A DNA stretch of 64,000 bases from Spirochaetia bacterium (GTDB lineage Bacteria; Spirochaetota; Spirochaetia; SZUA-6; Bin103). The notes under the pieces were generated by a model. It had not been told where the DNA came from. It ran no database searches and saw only the letters and a list, made by a program, of their open reading frames with translations. The stretch spans positions 704,001 through 768,000 of the forward strand of contig CBDAOI010000004.1 of NCBI GenBank assembly GCA_965198005.1, read 5' to 3'. The stretch's first letter is position 1; the number at the start of each line of letters is the position of its first letter. Position numbers and translations under genes: made by a program. Of the stretch, positions 1-8,186 are shown one piece after another.

Positions 1-738
1 TCAGCCCGGTATCTGCTGGGTACCGACCAGTTGGGGCGAGACCTCCTGAGCCGCCTGATCGTCGGGGCTCGCATTTCCATGCTGGTCGGCCTGGCAGCGA
101 CCACTCTGAATGTTGTGGTCGCTGTCCTGATCGGCGGCATCTCAGGATTCCTTGGGGGAAAAGTGGACCTGGTGGTGCAGCGCTTTATCGACGCCTGGAT
201 GGCCTTCCCGGGGTTGCTGCTCCTGCTGACCGTCATGTCCATTGTGGGGCGGGGTTTGCCCCAGATCATTGTGGTCTTGGGGGTCAGCGGAGGCATCGGC
301 GCCTCCCGAGTCGTCAGAGGCGCTGTGATCGGTATTAAGGAGAATGACTATTTTCTGGCCGCCAGGGCCGCGGGCACCCCCACAAGCCAAATCCTGGTCC
401 GCCATGTGCTGCCCAATATTATGGCGCCCGTCATCATCATCTTCTCCATCAACATCGGGGGGGTGATTATTTCCGAGGCCTCCCTGAGCTTTCTCGGATT
501 CGGCCTGCCCATCGAGGTTCCCAGCTGGGGAGGCATGCTCAGCTGGGATGGACGTCGATACATGGAGCAGGCCCCCTGGCTGGCACTCTGGCCTGGTTTC
601 GCCCTGACTATTACCGTTTACAGTCTAAACATGCTCGGCGACGCCCTCAGGGATCTGTTCGACCCAAGACTGCGCGGCGGAGCGGGCAGTTACGGCACTG
701 CGGTGGTGAAACGTAAAAAGGCTTCCTCTCCAGACTGA
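1..738 (+). CDS. ABC peptide/nickel transporter permease (DppC/OppC family), 5' end outside window
   Basis: Frame open from base 1 (SARYLLGTDQLGRD); EAA-like ENDYFLAARAAG, HVLPN, SEASLSFLGFG, SWG and LGDALRDLFDPR motifs. Confidence 0.92.
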   Translation, partial: SARYLLGTDQLGRDLLSRLIVGARISMLVGLAATTLNVVVAVLIGGISGFLGGKVDLVVQRFIDAWMAFPGLLLLLTVMSIVGRGLPQIIVVLGVSGGIGASRVVRGAVIGIKENDYFLAARAAGTPTSQILVRHVLPNIMAPVIIIFSINIGGVIISEASLSFLGFGLPIEVPSWGGMLSWDGRRYMEQAPWLALWPGFALTITVYSLNMLGDALRDLFDPRLRGGAGSYGTAVVKRKKASSPD

Positions 739-925
739 TCAACCCGTTCACTTAGCAGCAAACACTCTCTCCAATCGGGTCGCAAAACCCATCCAACCGC
801 ATGGTCTCAAGGCCAGCGGGCGGTGCCTCCATACAACGCTCGCCACCGCGCCCGTACCGACGCCGAACGCGCCCCCTATGACCAGCGCGAGAGGCGTGGC
901 AAGCGCTTTGGGCAGCGTGCACCGC

Positions 926-1090
926 TTCTCGGTGAACGGCTGGTAGAGGGGCAGAGTGTCATAAGCTCAAGCCCTCCGAATGTGAAATGCGACCATACCC
1001 ACCTGTTGGCCCACCGAGTGAATGCACGGCCCAATACTATAACTTATTGTAGGTGATGTAGTTAGCACCGTCAAGCAGCCCGGTGCGATG
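926..1090. repeat. Dispersed non-coding repeat, copy 1 (copy 2 at 51601-51821)
   Basis: TTCTCGGTGAACGGCTGGTAGAGGGGCAGAGTGTCATAAGCTCAAG...CCCGGTGCGATG shared in the same orientation; this copy lacks ~55 nt of the interior. Confidence 0.9.
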
Positions 1091-1202
1091 GGGTGCATTC
1101 CGTCTGTGTGGTAGCGCACGGGACCGACAAGAGCGGTGTCACCGAGATCGAGCATGGCGGCCAGCGCGGCCAGGGAACCGCCAACTCCGCCGGCGATGGG
1201 CG

Positions 1203-1232
1203 TTGACACCGAAGAAGCCGCGCGGATATGTT
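1203..1232 (+). promoter_or_regulatory. Putative sigma70 promoter of rpn
   Basis: TTGACA-N18-TATGTT, 15 nt upstream of ATG 1248. Confidence 0.45.
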
Positions 1233-1247
1233 CGCCATCGGGTCGTC

Positions 1248-2306
1248 ATGGCTGACGAGCGGGCAGCACAGCAACCGGACGGCGGCGCATCGGAGACGGC
1301 GGTCAGCCAGCCGCACGACAAGTACTTCCAGCGCGTGTTCTCGAACGCGAAGGACGCGGCCAGTCTGCTGCGCACCTGTGTGCCGGGCGCGCTCGCCGAC
1401 ACCTTGAAGTGGTCGACGCTGAGCCTGCTGCGGGGTCGCTTCGTGGATGACGACTGGCGGCGCAACGAGACCGACATGCTGTATTCGGTGGAGCGGGAGG
1501 GTACGGAGCCGGCGGTGCTGGTGTACGTACTGCTGGAGCATCAGTCGACGCCGGACCCGTGGCTGCGGCTGCGGTTGCTCGGCTACTGCGTACAGGTGTG
1601 GCAGGAGTGGCGGCGGAAGCACCGGAACGAGGAACGGTTGCCGCTGCTGGTGCCGCTGGTATTCTACCAGGGAGCGCGACGGTGGGAGTATACGCGGGAA
1701 TTTGCGGACTTGGTAACGGAGGCGGCGCCGGAGTGGCGGTGGGTGCCGAGGTTCGAGCATCTGCTGATCGACCAGACGGAGAAGAGCGCGGAATCGGTGA
1801 CGGGCGCGGTAGCGGCGCGGCTGTTGCAGATCGCGATGATGGCGGCGTTTCGGGAAGCGCCGGGGAAGTTGCTGGAACGGGCGACGCGGTTGATCGGGGA
1901 ATTGTACCGCGCAGCGGGGTTCGAGGAAGTGACGCAGCACGTGGAGTACGTGCTGGCGACGCAGCCGGAAGCACAGCGGAAGCTGTTTGCGGAGGCGTTG
2001 CAGAGGAACGTGCCGGGCCGCGGAGGAGAGGTGATGAATTACGTGGAAGAAATGATCGAGCGAGGGCGCCGGGAAGGGCGTCAGGAAGGGCGCCGGGAAG
2101 GGCGCCAGGAAGGGCGCCGGGAAGGGCGCCAGGAAGGGCGCCGGGAAGGCCGCCAGGAAGGGCAGGTGCGAGCCATCGAGGGGTTCGTGGCACGAGATAT
2201 ATCGTGGTCCACCATCGAAGAGGCCACGGGCATCGACGAGGCCACATACCGGCGCCTCAGGCAGCGAATCGACGCGGAAGACAACGGGGCAGATTCCACC
2301 GTCTGA
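1248..2306 (+). CDS. Rpn family recombination-promoting nuclease / YhgA-like (Transposase_31) PD-(D/E)XK protein
   Basis: PHDKYFQRVF, TDMLYSV, YVLLEHQSTPD, VPLVFYQG motifs and C-terminal EGRQEG repeats; ATG 1248 preferred over the track start at 1083. Confidence 0.92.
   Translation: MADERAAQQPDGGASETAVSQPHDKYFQRVFSNAKDAASLLRTCVPGALADTLKWSTLSLLRGRFVDDDWRRNETDMLYSVEREGTEPAVLVYVLLEHQSTPDPWLRLRLLGYCVQVWQEWRRKHRNEERLPLLVPLVFYQGARRWEYTREFADLVTEAAPEWRWVPRFEHLLIDQTEKSAESVTGAVAARLLQIAMMAAFREAPGKLLERATRLIGELYRAAGFEEVTQHVEYVLATQPEAQRKLFAEALQRNVPGRGGEVMNYVEEMIERGRREGRQEGRREGRQEGRREGRQEGRREGRQEGQVRAIEGFVARDISWSTIEEATGIDEATYRRLRQRIDAEDNGADSTV
2034..2306 (+). CDS. Putative intragenic small protein (RpnS-like antitoxin), 90 aa, in frame within rpn
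   Basis: Internal SD GGAGGAG (2022-2028) 5 nt before in-frame ATG 2034 (MNYVEEMIERGRREG...). Confidence 0.6.
   Translation: MNYVEEMIERGRREGRQEGRREGRQEGRREGRQEGRREGRQEGQVRAIEGFVARDISWSTIEEATGIDEATYRRLRQRIDAEDNGADSTV
2064..2159 (+). repeat. 8 x 12-bp coding tandem repeat (alternating GRRE/GRQE)
   Basis: GGGCGCCGGGAA / GGGCGCCAGGAA units. Confidence 0.95.
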
Positions 2307-2367
2307 GGCCGCTGCAGCAACCTGCACGGCCGCCTGCGCGCCGCTACCACACTGAGGGAATGCACCC

Positions 2368-2435
2368 GCCCACAAGTAGGTGCCGAGGATCAGACCCGGC
2401 ACGATGAAGATGCCAAAGTGGCCGACGAGCGGAAG
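2368..2435 (-). pseudogene. DppB-type permease internal fragment
   Basis: PLVGHFGIFIVPGLILGTYL resembles PLGNLGMFLIPSLILGTYL of the DppB at 48294-49237. Confidence 0.6.
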
Positions 2436-2439
2436 GATC

Positions 2440-2645
2440 ACCCGCAAGGGCGTTTACTGGCATAACAAGGCACCGATGAACGGTCGGGAGCTGACTGCCA
2501 AAGATGTCGAATATATCCTGACTACTGGGGCTTCGACGAAAAGTACCCGGAGAACCGCTTGCCCTATGTTGACAAGATAATAGTCTTGCATATGCCAGAA
2601 GAGGCAACCCGTGTGGCGGCACTGCGCGCGGGTAAGATTGACGAT
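2440..2645 (+). pseudogene. Family-5 ABC solute-binding protein fragments joined by an internal deletion
   Basis: RKGVYWHNKAPMNGRELTAKDVEY followed in another frame by PDYWGFDEKYPENRLPYVDK...AALRAGKID; both match the SBPs at 39353 and 49327. Confidence 0.8.
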
Positions 2646-2995
2646 GCCAGGCGCCGCTTCGAGCTGACCGGCCAGGTCACGTCCATACCCAGCCCGGCGC
2701 TCGTCCACCTGGTCGGCCGCGTTCCGGGCGCGCCTCCGGACTAGCAACAACCGCTCCCAGCCCACGACGTCCTGTCGCTGTCTGGGAGCTGCATGCCACC
2801 CGTGGCGGCAGGGAGGGTGCCACGGGTGGAGGTCACCGTGCATCCGGCGTCATACCGCCCCGGGCGAAGGGTCGGCATCAAGAATCTCGACGTCGGGGTA
2901 GACCTGATCAATCGGGAATGAACGAATGAACGGACGTCAATCGGTGCCGCGTGCCGTTGCACCGCCGGCGTCCAACGCCTCGATGGCCGAGCGTG

Positions 2996-3410
2996 TCAGC
3001 TCGGGGTCAGCTGGCCTTTGCCTGCGCCGTAGCGCCCGAGCCGGCCGCGCAGCCGGGGATCCAGCAGATCGCGTACCGCGTCGCCGAACATGTTGAGGCT
3101 GTAGACGACCACGGTCAGACACAACCCCGGCCACAGCGCCAGATGCGGCGCGATCTCCATGTACTGCCGCCCCTCGCGACTGAGCATGCCGCCCCAACTG
3201 GGAATGTCCGGCGGCAGTCCGAAGCCGAGAAAGCTCAGCGCCGCCTCCGACATGATCACTCCGCCGACGTTGATGCTGAAGATGATGATGATGGGCGCGG
3301 CGATGTTGGGCAGCACGTGGCGCAGCAGCGAGCGCCGGCGCGAGCTGCCGATCGCCTGCGCCGCCTGGAAGTAGACGTTCTCCTTGACCCCCAGCACCGC
3401 GCCGCCCACC
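2996..3410 (-). pseudogene. DppC-type permease C-terminal half, truncated beside the IS
   Basis: KENVYFQAAQAIG...HVLPN...SWGG...GDAVRDLLDPR; N-terminal half absent on both sides of the IS. Confidence 0.85.
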
Positions 3411-3429
3411 AGGATCGGAAGCTAGCTAG

Positions 3430-5123
3430 TTCTGTCCGTAAACCCGCAAGTTGTTGAATGGGCATGAATTGAGCCTGGCGGATAGACAAGAAAAGGTGTT
3501 TCGGCTATCATCGCGCGCAGAACCGACGACAAAAACCGAAACACCGGAGGTTACGATGCGCAATAGCCGCACCGTGCAACCCAGCGTATTTCAAGCGCCC
3601 GAGGTTGTCCACCCCATCGCCACCGAACTGGAACGCGCTTCGGCATGGCTTGATCAGCACCCCGAGTTGCTCGATACGATCAGCCGCTGCGTTGCTGGCT
3701 CCACCACCTGCGGTCGCCATGGCCTGACCTGCGAGAGCATACTGCGCTGTGCGCTGCTCAAGCATCTGATGGGCTACTCCTACCGGGAGTTGGAGTTCGC
3801 GTTGCTCGATTCCGCCTCCATGCAGCGCTTTGCGCGGGTCGATCCGTTCCGGGTGCCGAAGAAGTCGGCGCTGCAGAGTGCTATCAGCGCGATTGACGGG
3901 GAGGGTTGGCGCACCATCAACGGGGTCCTGTTGCTTGACGCCAAGCGGCGATCGAATCGGGTACGCAGGTGCGGATCGACAGCACGGTGACCGAGACGGA
4001 TATCTTGGAGCCGTCCGACAGCGGCCTGTTGTACGACGGGGTGCGCGTGCTGACGCGGCTACTGCGGCAGGCACACAAGCGGATGCCGGCGGTGTGGTTG
4101 CGCGACCACTGCCGTGCCGCCAAGCGGCGCATGCTCGAAATCGGGTCGCAGCGTGGTGCCCCGCGGCGAGCGGTCACCTACCGGCGGCTGCTGCGCGTGG
4201 TGAAGCGGACCATCGGCTACGCGGAGGCAGCGCTGCCGCAGGTGGCTTGCGAAGCTGCGCCGTGGGCCGAGCCGTGGTGCAGCGAGGTACGCGGGTACCT
4301 TGAGTTGCTGCGACGGGTGGTGGATCAGACCAAGCGCCGCGTGTTCGCCGGTGAAACGGTGCCGGCGAGCGAGAAGGTGGTGAGCCTGTTCGAGCCGCAC
4401 ACCGACATCATCCGCAAGGGTGGGCGTGCGACCCACTACGGGCACAAGATCAACCTGACGACGGGGCGCAGTGCGCTGGTGCTGGACGTGGTGGTGGAGA
4501 GCGGCAACCCGGCCGATAGTGAACGCTGCCTGCCGATGCTGGAGCGGCACGTGGAAACCTACGGCGAGGCGCCGCAACGAGTGGCGTTCGATGGCGGCTA
4601 TGCGTCGCGGGCGAATCTGGCGGCGGCCAAGGAGTTGGGCGTGGAGCATGTGGTGTTCCACAAGAAATGCGGGCTGGAGCCGACTGACATGACGCCTTCG
4701 GCGTGGATTTATGGCCAACTCAAGCGCTTTCGGGCGGGCATTGAAGCAGGTATTTCCTATCTGAAGCGCTGCTTCGGGCTGGACCGCTGCCACTGGCGCG
4801 GCTGGGAACGTTTCCAGGCGTATGTATACTCGGCAGTGGTCGCCCACAACCTGCTGCGGCTGGCTCGCTTACTGCCAACCTGACGCCCGCCACGGGCGCG
4901 GCTTCTCTCATCCGACCGATTCTCGGGCGCCTTTGACCGCTCAGTATGTCTTGGTGGGCGCGTCCAGCGGGTTTCTGAGTCCACTGACTGTCAAGAATTC
5001 GTCCCCGACGCGCCACAATCACGTTTGCCACCGCCCGATCCGCGGACCCTACACGCCCTGTACGCGGCTGAACAGCTTCGCCTACCGGTACGCTCCTCTC
5101 AAATCGGGATTACCGGACAGGAA
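3430..5123 (+). mobile_element. ISNCY/IS5-like insertion sequence flanked by CTAG
   Basis: Ends TTCTGTCCGTAAACCCG (3430) and CGGGATTACCGGACAGGAA (to 5123) form imperfect IRs; CTAG on both sides. Confidence 0.8.
3556..4883 (+). pseudogene. ISNCY/IS5-like DDE transposase, frameshifted near 3950
   Basis: GGAGG SD then ATG 3556; RIDSTV, KVVSLFEPHTDIIRKG, YGHK, FDGGY, RAGIEAGISYLKR motifs; one frame change restores AKR.IESGTQVRID. Confidence 0.85.
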
Positions 5124-5137
5124 CTAGCTATAGCTAG

Positions 5138-5665
5138 CTAGGCGGTGGGCAGGTGCAGGAAGGCGAACACCGCCACGCCGGTGAGCGACACGTAGAGCCA
5201 GAGCGGGAGGGTTACGCGGGCGATGGTGCGGTGGCGGGGATGGCGCGTCCAGCCGCGGCGCAGGGTGATCAGCGCCAACGGCACGATGGCCGCCGCCAGG
5301 ACGACGTGGCTTGTCAGGATGGGATAGTACAGCCATGGCACCGGCCCGGCGTAGGCCTGCGAGCCTGCGCCGAATGCGTGGTAGAGCAGGTACCCGGCGA
5401 GGAACAGCGTCGAGGCCCCGAACGCCCCCAGAACCAGCGCCCGATGGACCGCCACCGCGCCGCGGCGGATGGCGATGAAGGCGGCCACCAGGAGTACCGC
5501 CGCGGTGGCGTTCCAGGCGGTGTTCACCGCCGGCAGCGCCGACACGTCGAGCCCGGACCGGTGTCGGGGGCCCATGACCGCGAACGCCACTGCCGCCAGC
5601 GCGGCCACGCTGACGATCCCGATGACCGTGAACCAGAACCGGTCGCGGGCAGCCGGCTCGGTCAC
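5138..5665 (-). CDS. DUF420 family membrane protein
   Basis: LPAVN, HRALV, FLAGYLLYH, ILTSHVVLA, HRTIARVTLPLWLYVSLTG; GTG start overlaps upstream TGA. Confidence 0.85.
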   Translation of the reverse strand: MTEPAARDRFWFTVIGIVSVAALAAVAFAVMGPRHRSGLDVSALPAVNTAWNATAAVLLVAAFIAIRRGAVAVHRALVLGAFGASTLFLAGYLLYHAFGAGSQAYAGPVPWLYYPILTSHVVLAAAIVPLALITLRRGWTRHPRHRTIARVTLPLWLYVSLTGVAVFAFLHLPTA

Positions 5666-7515
5666 GCGCGCGGCATGCCGTAGCCCAGTTCCCGGATCGC
5701 CTTGCGGAACTTGTCTTCGGCCTCGAGGCGGACGGCGAGACCGCGCTCGCCGGTGCGCCGGCAGAGTTTGGCGGTCCGTTCGTGGGTGGCGAGCAGGTCG
5801 GCCAGAGCCGCGTCGGCGCACTCGATCAGCAGGGCGGTGCCGTGCGGCGCCAGCGCCTGCGCGCGGCGTGCCGTGGTCTGCAGGAAACCCTCGACCTTCT
5901 CCGGCAGCGGTTGGTCGTCGCGCGCGGTGAGGAACTCCCGCAACTCTTCCACTTGACTGCCGCGTTCCAGGGCCGACAGCGTCCGGTCACGGTCCAGGCG
6001 CCAGACATCCTCCGCTTCCGGGCGGGCGTAGGTTTCCAGCAGCAACTTCTCATCCGCCGTCAGGGGCGCTCCCTGCAGGTGCAGTCGCAGGTCGGGAAAC
6101 ACCGTGATGGATGCGCGCGCCGCCGGGTAACGCGGTCGGTAGCTCTCGGCCGTTCCCAGGCAGTAGGCCCCCAGCGGAGTCAGGCGGAAGTACTGCAGGC
6201 CGTCGTACCGGCTGAGGAACTCCAGTTCATCGCTGTTGCTCAGGCTGGTGAAGTCCAGCCGCGCATCGCGCGGGTCGGTATGCGCCACGTCGACCATGCC
6301 CAGGGTGGCGGCGTACTCGAACAGGAAGCAGAGCAGGTATCGGCCTTGCAGGATGCTCCAGTCGTGATGGCCGGCGTAGCCGAGGCTGCCGTACCGGGCT
6401 TCCCCGATATAAAGGTGCCACGGGTTGCGGGTGATGCTGAACTCCAGCTCCGTCGCCTGCATGAAGCGGGAGAGCTCGTCGCAGCTCACCCACCGGCCCA
6501 CCGGACACTCTCTGAGGGCGTCGTCGATCGTGGCGCGGCGATACCGGGCTGCGGTCATGGAACGCGCACCGCGACCGCGCTGCCCCTTGATCGCCTCGAT
6601 GCGGCGGAACTCGTCGAAGGCGGTGCTTACCAGCCAGCGGCTCCACAGCAGGCGTATGGTTTCCGCCGGCGGCTTACCCAGTGCGGCGCGTCCCGCTTTG
6701 GTCAGTGCCAGCTTGCCGCCGTGCAGCTCGGCCAGCCTGGCGGTCCGGAGCAGCAAAGGCCAGGCGAACGCCTTGATCGGACCGACGGTCTGTTCCCAGG
6801 AGGACTGTTTCGGCGGCGCCGGGTCGAAGAAGTCTCCGTCGCACAGCACGGCGGCGATCCGCCGGACCGCGGCGGCCGTGGCTTGCAGTGTCTTGGCGCT
6901 GGCGGCGACTTGGCCGCGGTCGACCAGCCGGAGCACCGCCGGCAGATCCTGTTGCGCGGCGCGCTCCATTTCGCGCTGCGTCAGCGGCACCTGGTCGACG
7001 GGACGGGCTTGCTTGCCATAGTAGCCCCTGCGCGACTGCGCGATGGCCTCCGGCAGCTCATCCTGCGCGGCCATGGTCAACGCCGGCGGCGGCGGCACGA
7101 ACGTGCGCAGCCGCGGCGTGAGGTCGGCGGGGATGATCGCCGTGCCGCCATCGTACGAGCTGCCGGGGTGGAGGAACAGATTCAGGAGCGTCGGCCGGGT
7201 TTCATCCCCGCGCGAGCCGCCTGCGCCGGCGGGCAGGACGCCGTACTTGGCCTGGAAACGATTCGGGTGGAAGGCACCGTCGGTGCCGTGCAGCACCTCG
7301 CTGACGGCGTGCCGTTGGGTCCGGCTGAGCCTGCCCCACAGCTCGGTCAGCGAGTCTCCAGCCAACTGGCGCTGAATAGCCGCCGCCATCTCCGCTTTGC
7401 GCGTGGGCCGCGGCCGTTCGGGCGGCAGCAGGGCGAGCAGACTTCGGAGAAGGTCGGCAGACTGGTGCCCGAGGATCTCCGCCAATGTCGCGCCCGGGCG
7501 CGGCTCGTCTGTCAA
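5662..7515 (-). CDS. Helicase-associated (XPB-like Helicase_C_3) domain protein
   Basis: 617-aa ORF; C-terminal FRLTPLG...WRLDRDRTLSALERG...LREFL...PLPEKVE pattern. Confidence 0.65.
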   Translation of the reverse strand: MTDEPRPGATLAEILGHQSADLLRSLLALLPPERPRPTRKAEMAAAIQRQLAGDSLTELWGRLSRTQRHAVSEVLHGTDGAFHPNRFQAKYGVLPAGAGGSRGDETRPTLLNLFLHPGSSYDGGTAIIPADLTPRLRTFVPPPPALTMAAQDELPEAIAQSRRGYYGKQARPVDQVPLTQREMERAAQQDLPAVLRLVDRGQVAASAKTLQATAAAVRRIAAVLCDGDFFDPAPPKQSSWEQTVGPIKAFAWPLLLRTARLAELHGGKLALTKAGRAALGKPPAETIRLLWSRWLVSTAFDEFRRIEAIKGQRGRGARSMTAARYRRATIDDALRECPVGRWVSCDELSRFMQATELEFSITRNPWHLYIGEARYGSLGYAGHHDWSILQGRYLLCFLFEYAATLGMVDVAHTDPRDARLDFTSLSNSDELEFLSRYDGLQYFRLTPLGAYCLGTAESYRPRYPAARASITVFPDLRLHLQGAPLTADEKLLLETYARPEAEDVWRLDRDRTLSALERGSQVEELREFLTARDDQPLPEKVEGFLQTTARRAQALAPHGTALLIECADAALADLLATHERTAKLCRRTGERGLAVRLEAEDKFRKAIRELGYGMPRA

Positions 7516-7519
7516 CGGG

Positions 7520-7943
7520 TCAGGACTGCAGGCTCGCGTTCAGCGTAATCGGCGTGGCCGACAGCGCCTTGGACACCGGGCAGCCGACCTTGGCCGCGTT
7601 GGCGTGCTCGAGGAAAGCATCCTCGCTGATGCCGGGCACCTCGGCCGCGCAGGTCAACGCGATCCCGGTGATGGCCGCGCCCCCGTCCCCTACCTCCAGG
7701 CTGACCTGGGCGGTGGTCTCCACCCTGGTGGGCGTAAACCCCGCGGTCGCCAGCATGTTGGACAGCGCCATCGAGTAGCAGCCGGCGTGCGCGGCGGCGA
7801 TCAACTCCTCGGGATTGGTGCCGCCTCCCCTCCTCGAACCGCGACGAAAACGAGTAGGCCGCCGAAAACGACCCGAATTCCACGGTGCCGGAGCCTCCCT
7901 TGAGGTCCCCGCGCCATACTGCCTGTCCACTTCTCACTGCCAT
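7520..7943 (-). CDS. osmC: OsmC family peroxiredoxin, with a 1-nt frameshift in a G run near 7825-7830
   Basis: AVWRGDLKGGSG...YSFSSRFEEG then, in the next frame, GTNPEELIAAAHAGCYSMAL...CPVSKAL; may be a consensus error. Confidence 0.85.
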
Positions 7944-8186
7944 TGCTCACTCCTTACTGGTCGAGGTGCCCGCCGGGCGGCGGGCTGGTTGCGGGTATCC
8001 TACCCCGGTAGCTGCCCCGCCTGCAAACGCCGCACCGGGCGACACCGTGCGCCCGCGCGAGCGCCTGCCTGGCCAGGCGCCCCGGCTTTCAGTCGATCGC
8101 AAGGATCGTCCGACCCGCTCAAATCGTTCTCAGGGCCAACCGTAACGTGCGTCATTCATGCAGCGCGGACCGTGCGTCAGGTTGGG

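Larger units (their letters stand above)
1091..2367. mobile_element. Putative Rpn-carrying element bounded by 26-bp imperfect inverted repeats (1091-1116 / 2342-2367)
   Basis: GGGTGCATTCCGTCTGTGTGGTAGCG versus CGCTACCACACTGAGGGAATGCACCC, 24/26 reverse-complementary; no target duplication seen. Confidence 0.55.

Noticed and set aside
3940-3970. Programmed frameshift in the ISNCY-like transposase
   Set aside because: No A-rich slippery site; the gene otherwise reads as a single-ORF transposase.
7820-7835. Programmed frameshift in osmC (likewise YyaL at 17635-17639)
   Set aside because: Single-base indels in short homopolymers with no slippery heptamer or stimulator; consensus error or recent mutation is more likely. 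Read pile-ups would decide.
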